Origin: Mesotaenium endlicherianum
Lineage: Eukaryota
Assembly (NCBI GenBank): GCA_009602735.1
Contig: WELA01000853.1
Location: 70,130-90,129 of the forward strand
Direction: 5' to 3'
DNA: 20,000 nt
In this document: one piece after another, positions 9,202 through 19,772 of the stretch
Numbering within the stretch: position 1 is the first letter of the stretch
How the letters are laid out: each line of letters starts with the position of its first letter
The notes under the pieces: model-generated
Told to the model about the DNA's origin: nothing
Database searches by the model: none
The model's input: the letters and a program-made list of their open reading frames with translations, nothing else
Translations under genes and position numbers: made by a program

Positions 9202-11202
9202 CCACCCTCAATGTCATCATGTGACAAATAGGGTTGCCTCTCCCAGCAAATGCAGATTTATGAGTTCTTACTAGCAGAACCTCCTGGCTGGGCCCCATGT
9301 AGGAAGATTCCGAGATAAAAGGGGCCCACACACCTCTGCTAACATGCAACCTAGGCCACCAGCTGGCAGCGTGCCATTCTGGGATAACTAGAGTGCATAC
9401 AGCTCTGCATCTAAGGGTATGTTGCACAGTTGCTAGAGTCAGTTCCGGAGGGGGGAAGCAGTAGTTTTATCCTCCTGCCAGTTTTCAGTGAAGGCATTAA
9501 TAGCCTCTGATCTAGGGTAAGGCCATTTTGATTTAAATTTGGCACACTTGGTATTATCTAAGTGAGCAAACCTGTCTATGGATTGGGACCCCCATTTCTC
9601 CTCTAATCCGTCAAACGCGCCCGGATGCAACTCAAAATCATCTCTTTCCAGCTGAATGGAAACATCAGAAAGACTATCCTCAGACCAAGGTGTCAACCAT
9701 TCCAGTTGCAAGGCAAGCTTGAAAGGGACAGTGAGGGCATAGAACTCCCTAATGAGCTGGGCCATCTGAGGGTCTGGATGAACTCCTTGCTCAAGAGCAG
9801 ATAATATATCATAATCCTGGAACCTGATCAGCAATTGTTTGTCCTGTATATAAGGCTGCGCCAGCTGGAGAGCTGTTATAGCTCCTTGCACTCCACTAGC
9901 CACATAAGAAGATGAGGTTGAAATTGTAGATTTTCCTGAAGTCTCATATTTCTTTCCAGATGTTAAATCTGTCATCAGAGCTGCCCAAGACCTTTGGCAA
10001 ACTTGCAGGAGCATGACCACATCTGGGGACAGGTTGGTCTTAATAGGAACTCCATTGTGTTGGTCAAAATGAGCTATCCAAAACTGAAGCTCAGGTCCTA
10101 CTCCTGGTAGACAAGGGACCTTATCCGCGCATTCTTGTTTCTGGGCTATTGTCTTGAAGAGGGCTTTAGTACAGAGACTGGTAATGACTTCAAAGGCAGG
10201 CTTCATGGAGACAATTTGACCAGCTACAGATGCTACCTTCTTCACCTTGACCAAATAACCTTTCTGGAACATATATTCCAATTTCCTCAAGGCTACCAGT
10301 AGCTTCTGCTTTCTCTGAACATCAATGTAGAGCCACATAGACTTGGAGTTGACAATGACTTCCAAGAATCTTAGAACTCTAGTAGGTTCAAGTACAGCCT
10401 TCTGTCTATTCACTATGAAACCAACTGAGAGAAAAGCCTTTAGCACCTTATCCAGGTGCTGCTGGTGGGTCTCCAATGTTCTTGCACAACAGAGAAAATC
10501 ATCCAGATATGGTAAAATCTTGATACCCTCATCTCTCCACCTGCCTACTAACTCCTTTAGGACCCTAGTGAAGACATGAGGAGCTGTAGCTAGCCCAAAA
10601 GGGAGGGAGCAAAAAGCATAGGTAATTCTCTCTAGTTGGAAAGCTAGAAAAGAATAGAAGGTTGGGTGAACAGGTATGTGATGATAGCCAGACTTAAGAT
10701 CTACGGAGAACATATAGTTATTTCTTTCCAGCACATCTGAAAGCTTAGATATGCCTTCATATTTGAAATGCTCAACCTTTAGAGACTTATTGACAATTCT
10801 AAGGTCTAGAATAAGTCTAGGCTTCTTCCCTTCCACAACATGAAGTGGACTAATGCACAAAGGAGGTGTAGTGTCTGACCAGATTTTGGCAGCACCTGTA
10901 ACCACCAGCTCATTGACAGCTTCTCTGGCAAAGGACATATAAGCCATCAATGATTTGTGGTTCTCTTTTATAAAAAGTGGAAGAGGGTTGTCTCTCCATT
11001 CCAGCCTGTAACCTCTGTCAATGGTAGAGAGCACAAATCTGTTTGTGCACCAAGATCTCCACCATGCAACTCTCTGGGTCAAGCGTTTAGCCAGCCCTAA
11101 AACTTCTAGGAGGGAGCCAGCCTTGCTGGCCTCCTAAAATTCCTCTCTCTGACCCAACAATATCAAGAATTTTACATCATCATCATCCAGTGCCTCTGGC
11201 AT
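9116..11202 (-). pseudogene. pol: DIRS pol: reverse transcriptase, divergent RNase H and Dam-like N6-adenine methyltransferase domain
   Basis: GYRLEW, KPRLILDLRIVN, SVDLKSGYHHIPVHP, LPFGLATAPHVFT, PYLDDFL. Methyltransferase IDRFAHLDNTKC...INAFTENW; restoring 1 nt near 9465 gives NYCFPPP continuing into TLVIPEWHAASWWPRL. The upstream extension to the ATG at 11202 passes one TAG. Confidence 0.93.
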
Positions 11203-11233
11203 GCACAACACAATAGATTAGCTGCCATCTCTC

Positions 11234-11302
11234 AGGTTGATTGTCTCAACCTTTGTCAATCTGATTGTCTCAGATTTCTGTCAAGTCTGATTGTCTCAGA
11301 CT
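11234..11302 (-). repeat. Three tandem 7-bp stem-loops with identical 5-nt loops
   Basis: Plus strand AGGTTGA-TTGTC-TCAACCT, AATCTGA-TTGTC-TCAGATT and AGTCTGA-TTGTC-TCAGACT; each stem is perfectly paired. Confidence 0.9.
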
Positions 11303-11556
11303 GACCTCACTGCTAGACTCAAAGTCTGCATGATTCAAATAGGTAGACGTGCGATCTTATTGTCAAGACAGCAGCATTTCAACTTTCTTACAGCTGGTTG
11401 TCACAATTGATATTCATCAATTATTGAATGGATCCAAGCACAATCATACAATAAAGCAATTGCGCCATTCACATCAATGTATTCTAGAGACATTTTGCAA
11501 ATTGGCTTACAGCCTTAAATCACCATTGGCTGGTACAAAGTTATCTCTATTGACTC

Positions 11557-12586
11557 CTATGCCTGCCTCTGATTGCCTGTGAAATTATTCTGGAGTGGGG
11601 GCTGCTGCCTATTGTTGTTGACCGGGGAAGGTAACTGAGGAGGGCCATTGAAGTTGTTGAAAGTAGGGTTAAATTGCTGGGGGGGTTGGTTGAACTGATT
11701 CATCTGCTGCTGAGCCATCTGAGGAGCGACCTGATAATAAGGCTTGTTATACAGACAGGCCTTAGAAGTATGGCCAGGGGCATTGCACGTGAAACATATC
11801 CAACTGTCCTTCACTGCCTGAGGAATAGGCTGGCGTTGTCGATTATTTTCTTGTGTCGTAGTTTTTTTGGCAATTTTGAGCAGCAACAGTAGGTTCGGGC
11901 TTCTTCCTCTTAGCTAGGAATTTAGATAACTTGTCTTCCCACTCATTCTCAGCCTTGCCCAAATACATGAACCTATTCACCTCCACCACCACATTCCAAC
12001 CATGAGCATCTGCAGTATTTATTTGCCTAGCTCTCTGAGAAATTGTGGACAAACCTTCAGTAAGGAGCTTCTTGGCTTCCTCCACATCCTGCTTTTTCAG
12101 GGCTGCTTGGGTATCGTCAATCAGGTCCACCATATCAGAGCAAATCTTCATATGTAGCTTGTTGATGTCGGACAGCTTGTGGTCACCCATAATGTCCTGC
12201 TTCAGCTTAATCTTCTTCACTTGTTGTACCCATTTATCATTGTCAGACGCTTTGTTAACTTTGTCTTCGGCCAGCGTAGTATTCAGCTGCTGCAATTGAC
12301 CGATTTGCTGTGTGACAGAAGCGAGGCTAGGCCCTTGAGCTGGAGCGGCGGCTGGGGGATTACCAGGAGGAGGAGGGGGAGGGAGCTCTTCCTCACTTGC
12401 TCTTGTAACTCTCTCTTGGAACCACTGCTCGAAGAGAGCACGCTGAGTAGCTGTTTTTGAAGACTCACCAGAGGTGTTCTCCATTTGAGATCTGGTGCCA
12501 GTATTGCCCTGGCTAGCAAGATTGACTTCTGTAATTCCTCCCGTTGCAGCAAGAGTGTTGACTGTAGTGTTGCAATTTTCTGCCAT
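11557..12586 (-). pseudogene. gag: DIRS gag-like ORF with a C-terminal zinc knuckle and one frameshift near 11860-11880
   Basis: LLTEGLSTISQRARQINTADAHGWNVVVE resembles the DIRS gag motif R...I..AD..GW..V; CFTCNAPGHTSKAC is CX2CX4HX4C, followed by a Q/N/P-rich tail. Confidence 0.82.
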
Positions 12587-12943
12587 GACTAAAGCTTGCA
12601 AGCTAGCACGTAAGTGCGAATTCTGAGTTGCTCTGTGCTGCAACGCTCTAGAACGGATATGTGACATGGGACAAAAAAATTGACGCGCGGATTCTAACAG
12701 CACTGTAGAAATGCACTGCAATGCGTTCTCTAATCTTTCCTGCCTTCTATATACTTGTAGGATTTTCTAGCTTCTATCAGCTTGCCTACTCTCGTGAGAT
12801 TGTAAGATGGAGTTTCTATGCTGCATGGAGCTTATACATTTGACATAGACATTGAACTTTTTGAACTAGATCATGTGTGAAAGTGTAGAAAATTTCTGCA
12901 CTTTCAAATTTCAATTTAATTTCATTAAATTGCCAGCTTGGCG

Positions 12944-13181
12944 CATGGGGGGGAAACTCCCTTCGAGAATCCGGGTGAAATAGCGCCCATACTTCAAGGT
13001 TTTAAATTAGCGCCCTGAAATCAAAATGTAGAGATTTGTACAGTGAATTAGCGACCTTTAATCAAACAAATATGTAATAATAGCGTCCTGAAATCAAAGT
13101 TAGGAAATTTAGTGACAAGATTCGAAAATTTAAGGCTCCGAATTCAAAATCTCGGAAAATTCGCGCCAGTTTCCACCCATG
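12944..13181. mobile_element. MITE copy 1 (238 bp), hAT- or P-type ends
   Basis: Ends CATGGGGGGGAAACT ... AGTTTCCACCCATG; flanks GCTTGGCG / ACTTGGCA (8-bp TSD with 2 transitions); repeated internal AAT(T)AGCGCC motifs. Confidence 0.85.
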
Positions 13182-13719
13182 ACTTGGCACGACATAAATT
13201 ATCATAGAGGTACCTGCGAGCCATGGCCCACCGCAGCCCTCCGTCACCGAAGTCGTCTCGTAGCACTTCCGAGCCCTGTCGTGAGGTGGTCGTGAGTCGT
13301 GAGTCTTGAGTCGTGCGTCGTGACCCGTGAGCCGGCTTGTGGAGGGAAGAAGAGCCGGTGTGCGCGGACGCGGGTAGGTTCTAGCTGGGCAATGGTCACT
13401 GGTGGGCAGCCATTTCTGCCCTGGGCTGCCCTGTACGCCGCGTCACGTTTTTTCGCAGCCGCGGTTGAGATTGCAAGAAGTGGCTAGAAGTCTCTTGTAA
13501 AGTGAACACGCTCGAGCCTCAGGCACACTGGATGTCAGTTAGCAGTGTTCAAAAGTCGTGGACTTTCACGGAAGTCAGTGAGTTCGTGTGGTCGAAAATG
13601 TACAGCGTGTATTCTTTCGCTTCATTGTCGTCAACACAAATTTATACCTACGTGGCTTTTTCTTTTATTCACTTTAATAGACGACGAGGCTCGGCGCAAG
13701 TTGGTTTTGACGTTCGGAG

Positions 13720-13967
13720 CATGGGGGGGAAACTCCCTTCGAGAATCCGGGTGAAATAGCGCCCATAATTCAAGGTTTTAAATTAGCGCCCTGAAATCTA
13801 AATATCAAAATTAGTACAATAAATTAGCCCGTTTTAATCAAACAATTATGTATTAATAGCGCCCTGAAATCAAACTTAGGAAATTTAGTGACAAAAATTC
13901 AAAAATTCAAAAATTCAAGGCTCCGAATTCAAAATCTCGGAAAATTAGCGCCAGTTTCCACCCCATG
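13720..13967. mobile_element. MITE copy 2 (248 bp), same family and orientation as copy 1
   Basis: Ends CATGGGGGGGAAACT ... AGTTTCCACCCCATG; perfect 8-bp TSD GTTCGGAG at 13712-13719 and 13968-13975; aligns end to end with copy 1. Confidence 0.92.
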
Positions 13968-14320
13968 GTTCGGAGTCATTCGTAGTTCTTGAGGCGCTCT
14001 CACCGTCAAAGGCCCGAACAGGGCCCGAACCTTTTGGTTGTCGCTATCCAGGACGAGAGAAAGAGCGGTATATCAAGACGCTTGAAACGGGGACGTCAAG
14101 GAAGTGCATGGTGTATACTGTGAAGAAGGGGACGGCAGGCAAGTGGTCCATATCCTGTAGAGGCTTGCACGAGAGAGAAGACGAGTATAATAGCAAGACC
14201 TGCTCGGCCGAAAAGGAGGAACGAAGCAACGTTTAGCTGCGGCACATACTTTTATCCTGTCATCCATACCAGACGACATTGTATAATCGTTTCTTGCCTT
14301 TCCAGGGGCAAGCGCTTGCA

Positions 14321-14481
14321 ATGGAAAAACCCATTGATGTTGTCATCATAGGAGCTGGGCCTGCTGGCTTGTTGCTGGCCAACTACTTACTGACATTCGG
14401 CAACAAGAAATATAATGTGGCAATTTACGAGAGGGGCGACGACCCCCGAGTGGTCCATAGCAAGGGCCCTTCTACTCGCAG
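14321..14481 (+). CDS. Monooxygenase exon with the Rossmann GxGxxG motif; may start at 14306 if an upstream exon exists
   Basis: [18 protein letters not shown]; donor AG|GTAGGT; in-frame acceptor TTCTTGCCTTTCCAG ending at 14305. Confidence 0.88.
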
Positions 14482-16978
14482 GTAGGTCCTCATCTTGACT
14501 TCTTGTACAAAAGTCGGAGTCTCCGTTAGTACCATATTAACCGCTTCATTCTGGGCTGAAGGAGCAAACAGATTGCTCCGACTTGGGCTCGCTGCTCGCA
14601 TGGACAAGATCCATGCACTGGGCTATACTGCACACGTGTAAGCATTGAGAAAAAAATAATCTTTTGAGAAACATTGGCTAGGAAGAAGGCATAAATAACG
14701 ACCAAAGCGTCCAGCATAAGAGATTCTCGGTTGGAGACCAACTTGTGCCTTCTATCCGGAAGTTTAGAACACAGTATAAAGATTGTCAACGCCTTGTTAT
14801 TTTCTGCTAAATTGCGGCGCTACCTCATGGCCTAGAAAAGAGGACTCTGAGAACGCACGAAACAGAACCCAAGAAGTGCCGAGAAGGGGTCAGCTGTTTT
14901 GTGGAGCCTGACCGGCATGCTTGGTCAGGCAAGATCGTTGCCCACTAAGAAAAGAGGCCCTTGCCTTATAGAGGAATCAAGCCAGCTGGATCAAGCTGCA
15001 GGATGAAAAGGGTGTCTCAGTCTCACTACTGTGCCTGCATGTGAAAGTGAATAGTTAAGTGGGCTGAGCTGGAGCCGGGTGGGCAGTCCGTCAAATCTTT
15101 GGGAGAGGTCTACATGGACGAATTGATTGTACGGAAAAAAGAGCCTGACTGAGAGAACATGGACCGGTGGGACAGGAGTAGGCAAGGGTGGCAACGAAGC
15201 ATTGACGTGCATGTATGTATCTATTTATGACGAAATAAGTCATAATATGTATGGCATAATGGAACAGGGCTCCACAAAGGCCAGGTGCTGCTCAGGCTAG
15301 GGCCTCTGAAGAATGCCCTTGCATTGCTTAAATTAAAATGGTTATTCGCGAAACCGCAGTCTCCATCTGCCTTTTCTTGGTGCTCTCCCCCGCCCAAAGA
15401 GGTCAGCTGTCGCGAATGGATAAATGCATCAAGGGGAGCGTGTGTGTACATCAGCAGGCTAAGGCAAGCATGGGGGGGCGGGGGGGGTGAGTCGTACGGT
15501 CATCAAAACTTGTTTCTTTGTTGCGGAGTAATATCTCAGAGAATTTTTTGAAAGAGAGTGCCAGGGAGAAAGGAGAAGAGCCCAAAAGAGGAAAGAGGAT
15601 GAGGAGAAGGCAGGAGGAAGGGGGGGTGGGGGTAAGGATGGGGACAAAAGGGGGGAGAAGGGAAAAGGGAAGGAGGAGGTGCCTCATCCGAACAGGAGCC
15701 GGACTTCTGGACCAAGTGTGAACACTGAGCCAGCGGCTCAATCTCAAGGGATTGCAGCCGTAGCCGCATGGGTGTGGCCTACGCTGGCTTCTTGTGTTGT
15801 GATGTGGGGACAGAGGGACGGGGACAGGGACGGGGACGGGGACGGGGATGGGGATGGGGATGGGGACGGGGACGGGGACGGGGACGGTGACGGTGACGGT
15901 GACGGTGATGGTGCGTGGTGCTGATGGTGAGCCCTCGCATTTCTTAGTCTCTTGATGTAATGACTGGCCTCGAGCACGGGGGCGATGGCGATGGCGATGG
16001 CGATAGTGACAGCGACAGCGGCGGACGTCGAGATTGTTGGCGGCAGTGACAGGAATGCAGCGCCATTGTGAGCGGGGCAGCGGCTGTACGACTGACGACG
16101 ACGGCATCTGCCGCACTCTGTTTGGGGTGGGGGTGTGGGGATATGTCGGGGAGATTTTTTTTCTTTGGNNNNNNNNNNNNNNNNNNNNNNNNNNNNNNNN
16201 NNNNNNNNNNGGGGATGGGAGGGGATGGGAGGGGATGCAGATACTCTATGGGACTGTGCAAGCGCGGGATGCTCAGCATGGACGCCATCCCCGGCCTCGT
16301 CGACAAGGTGGGTGCCACTGTCACTCACTTACATTCACTCTCTCTCTCTCTCTCAGATACACATGCACGCACGCACGCACACACAATAGTACAAATTTGT
16401 ATGGTTTACAGCAGTTGTTATACTGGCTGTTACATTGACTGAATCGGCCGTCACGTGGCGGAGGGGCGTGCATGCGTGCAGGTGAAGGAGGTGCTGGTGG
16501 AGAGCACGCAGAGTGCCATCTTCCTCTTTGGCAAGCCGCGTATCACCAAAGTGGCCAAGAATGTGAGCGGCCCCACTCACCCCTGTGTTGCTTTCTGTCC
16601 ACTCAACTGCGTCATGTTAGCGTTCGATTCTGTGAAGAGAGGCGTGCGGGTGTCTGCGGAAGTGCGGAATTACACGTACATATAGTACGCACCTCCATAT
16701 ATATGTGTGTATATAGATGTATGTATACATGTATACATATGTATGTATGTCTGTATTTTAAAAGGTACATATGATGTACGTCCATCACCATCGGCTGTTT
16801 CAGCAGAAAGACAAAACATTGAAATCAGACTTATGGCGCGCAAGAGTCGGCAAATATATTTCTATTGGGAACTACATGTGTTTGTGTGTGCACTTAAAAC
16901 CCTACGCGCGGGGACACACGCACACACGCACACACACATGCACACACACACACACGCACACACGCACACACACGTGCA

Positions 16979-17046
<68 letters not shown>

Positions 17047-19772
17047 TGCACGCACGGGTTTGATTGCAAGGGCGGGGCGGTGGGAACTCGGGCGGGAGAA
17101 GGGCAAGAGAGAAGAGGATCTCTGAGACCCGGTCAACGGTCAAGAGAAGAATTTGATTCCTCTCTAGCTGCTTGCTTGCGCGCGACGTCATGTGGAGCAC
17201 TCTCTACCCGGACGTCTCGGGATCCACAAGAGAGAGAAAGAGAGAGAGAACGTCTTGTGTGCTGTCCTCGCCGGCGCTGGCTTGGCTCGTGCCAGCTGGA
17301 GGCGAGCGAGCACCAGCGCTGCCTCCAGCTGGCACCAGCTAGGTGTGTGCCAGCTCGTGCTGGCACCAGCGCCGCCTCCAGCCGGTGTTTCTTCGTCGGT
17401 GCCACCTCGTCCCACCTCCAGCGCCACCTCCAGTTGGCACTAGCTCCTGCAGCTTTGGCGCCAGGTGGCAACTGGGAGGGGGCGTTTGAAAGGGGAGAGA
17501 GGGTAGGGTCACAGGTAGGGAGCGCACGCCTCTCGCCAAGCAGGTGGAGATCCATGCTCACATGAGAAGTGGGGAGAGAGAGAGACATTGAGAGGGAGAG
17601 GCAGAGGGCGAGGGAGAGGGAGAGAATGGAAGGGGGATGAAGGAAGGAGGAAGAGAGGGAGGGAGGGGCGGAGGGATGCAGGGAGATGAAAGACGGAAAG
17701 AGTGACAGAGGGAGGGCCGGTGGGGTGTCTCTGCTGAAGAAGGAAATGGTGGAGGCGGCACTCCTTTCAACCCTGCCCGCCTCTCTCTCTTTGCATGGGA
17801 CGAGCACAACAGCTCACCTGCGAGGCACTGGGGGGGGGGGNNNNNNNNNNNNNNNNNNNNNNNNNNNNNNNNNNNNNNNNNNNNNNNNNNNNNNNNNNNN
17901 NNNNNNNNNNNNNNNNNNNNNNNNNNNNNNNNNNNNNNNNNNNNNNNNNNNNNNNNNNNNNNNNNNNNNNNNNNNNNNNNNNNNNNNNNNNNNNNNNNNN
18001 NNNNNNNNNNNNNNNNNNNNNNNNNNNNNNNNNNNNNNNNNGAGGGAGTGGGCAGAGCGAGGCCGTAAATCTGTCGGAGAGGGGGAGAAGGAGCTGGAGG
18101 CAGGAGGCGGGAGGGGGGGGGGGATGGGAGGGGCGGAGGTGCGGAGGGTGCAATTCTCCAGTTGCCAAAGCTGCCGGCAAAGACAGATGTGGGGGTGTGA
18201 TGGCGAGGCAAGACAGACAGCCGCTTAACCACTTAACGACCGTGAGGAGGTTGTTCGACTTGGGCCTCTACGGTTCTCAGCCAGGCAGACGGGGCTCTCT
18301 CACAAACTCCTCCACCATGGGCCAATTTTGCTTCCACATCCGCAGGCTCTTCGCTTGCACCTCCTACCTGCATGGAGCTCATATATACTGTAGGTAAATA
18401 GCGATGCCGTACGTAATTTTTGCAGGAAGAGGAACGAAGAACGGAAGTAGCCTCGCCTTGCGGTATGGCGGGGCAGGTCTCTTGGCAAACGAGGGATGCA
18501 CTCACGCGTCGCTTGCGGGGACGGTAGATAGCGGCGCTCGACGGTGGTCTGTGCGGTTGTCCGCAAGGTTTCTTGTGCACCTCTATTTCAGTCATTTTTG
18601 AAGGAGTTGTCCGGCCGTCTTCATAACTTCCAGTATGATGTTTTGTGTATGTACTATGATTTTCAAACGAGAGCGCGTCAGCTGGAAGTAAGGTCTTTAT
18701 TATGAAAGAATGTGATGCCATCAGGCTCGTGGGGCACAAGCCTCTCTTGCTGTGCTTGTTACTTATTTCAAAAACAAAATTGTTGTGCCACCACATTGTC
18801 TCGTCACTGCACTCGGCCGCGATGCTTTTCACCTGCTTGCATAAGTGGCTGGCACTCCTCCTAGACTCTGGTCTTTCTTTTGCTCCTCTTTCCAGCGCGT
18901 TGCAATGCCTGTCCGCTTGTTTGCCTGTTCGCCCGCCCACGTGCGCAGGAGTACAAGCCCTTTTTGGTTGACCGGGTGGCCCTGTGTGCGCGCCTCTTTG
19001 AGGCCCTCGTGGACAGCCACGGCGCGTCCGGACAGCTGAAATTCTTCTTCGGGCAGGCCTGCACGGGCGTGGACCTCGCGCAGCGCGTCGTCAAATTCTC
19101 CCCTGTGGAGAACGATGGGACCATGCAGGGGGCCAGCATGGAGGGCCAGGGGAGGCGCCAGCTGGTGCAGGGCGCGACCCGCGTGGGGGAGCAGCATGAC
19201 GTGCCCTACGAGCTCCTGGTGGGTGTGGGTGTCTGCGCGTGCGTGCATGCGTGCGTGCGTGTGCATGTGTGCACGTGTGTCCCATGTGTGCACGTGCGCG
19301 TGCGTGCATGTGCGTGTGTGTGGGTGTGTGCGAACGTGTGTTTGTGTGTGTGTCTCAGATGTTGCCTTTGACGCGGGTGCTTTTATGCACGCGTGTTGAC
19401 TCATAAGCACGCCTGTTTTTGCTCGGAGCTGCTCTCAAGCATGCATGTGCTTGCTCCCGTGCATGTGTGCCCTCGTGTGTATGCGTGCCTCCCCCCCATG
19501 CTTGCATGGGCGTGCTCCCATGCATGCGCACGCCCCCTCGTGCGTGCACACGCATGCTCGCATGCGCGCTTCCCCCAATTCATCCGTGCGCACGCGTGCG
19601 CTCGGGCGCGCAGGTGGGTGCGGACGGGCTGAGGTCGCCGGTGCGGCAGGCCATGGCGCAGCAGAGCCGGTGCTTCCAGGCGGAGGTGCGCGACATCTTC
19701 AACGAGTGGACCGTCACACACATTCCCACGCCGCCCGCCTTTGCGCCCAACACGCTCCACATCATACCCAAG
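14321..19772 (+). CDS. Multi-exon FAD-dependent monooxygenase (kynurenine 3-monooxygenase-like), 3'-incomplete; exons 14321-14481, 16241-16307, 16482-16562, 18949-19218, 19614-19772
   Basis: GT-AG introns with consistent phases give [20 protein letters not shown]...YERGDDPR...[22 protein letters not shown]...[10 protein letters not shown]...[15 protein letters not shown], containing the GxGxxG and DG motifs of flavin aromatic hydroxylases. Confidence 0.88.
15815..16028. repeat. Intronic hexamer microsatellites (GGGGAC/GGGGAT/GGTGAC)n and (GGCGAT/AGCGAC)n
   Basis: Directly visible tandem hexamers at ~15815-15910 and ~15981-16028. Confidence 0.9.
16169..16210. other. Assembly gap (42 N)
   Basis: N run. 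Confidence 0.99.
16241..16307 (+). CDS. Monooxygenase exon 2
   Basis: GCAG|A TAC TCT ATG...AAG|GTGGG; (R)[22 protein letters not shown]; phase 2 matches exon 1. Confidence 0.82.
16482..16562 (+). CDS. Monooxygenase exon 3
   Basis: TGCAG|GTGAAG...[35 protein letters not shown], 81 nt, phase 0. Confidence 0.75.
16914..17037. repeat. (CA)n microsatellite, intronic
   Basis: Long imperfect CA run. Confidence 0.95.
17841..18041. other. Assembly gap (201 N)
   Basis: N run flanked by G-rich sequence. Confidence 0.99.
18949..19218 (+). CDS. Monooxygenase exon 4
   Basis: CGCAG|GAGTAC...[28 protein letters not shown]...[14 protein letters not shown]...VPYELL, 270 nt. Confidence 0.85.
19219..19352. 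repeat. (GT/GCGT/GCAT)n low-complexity intron sequence
   Basis: Alternating purine-pyrimidine runs. Confidence 0.8.
19614..19772 (+). CDS. Monooxygenase exon 5 (DG motif)
   Basis: CGCAG|GTGGGT...[23 protein letters not shown]..., 159 nt. Confidence 0.87.

Larger units (their letters stand above)
8559..12900 (-). mobile_element. DIRS-type tyrosine-recombinase retrotransposon, degenerate and interrupted at its 3' end; right boundary approximate
   Basis: Gene order gag (CCHC), then RT/RNase H/methyltransferase, then an overlapping tyrosine recombinase, all on the minus strand, with no integrase or protease. Confidence 0.92.

Noticed and set aside
11234..11302. CRISPR-like interpretation of the hairpin repeats
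   Set aside because: Linkers are only 5-7 nt, there are no cas genes, and the context is a eukaryotic TE.
11861..11868. A AAA AAC slippery heptamer at the DIRS gag frame break
   Set aside because: A -1 shift leads to a stop after ~16 codons; the zinc knuckle is in the +1 frame, so an indel is more likely.
15451..18400. Numerous long ORFs in the track (poly-PV, SP, HT, CV, or spanning N runs)
   Set aside because: Artefacts of microsatellites, high GC and gaps within introns.
18225..18848. Lower-GC intronic segment bounded by TTAA|CCACTTA ... TAAGTGG, with minus-strand ORF 18233..18940
   Set aside because: Only a 7-bp inverted match, no second TTAA and no recognisable protein; it may be a TE relic but this is unsupported.
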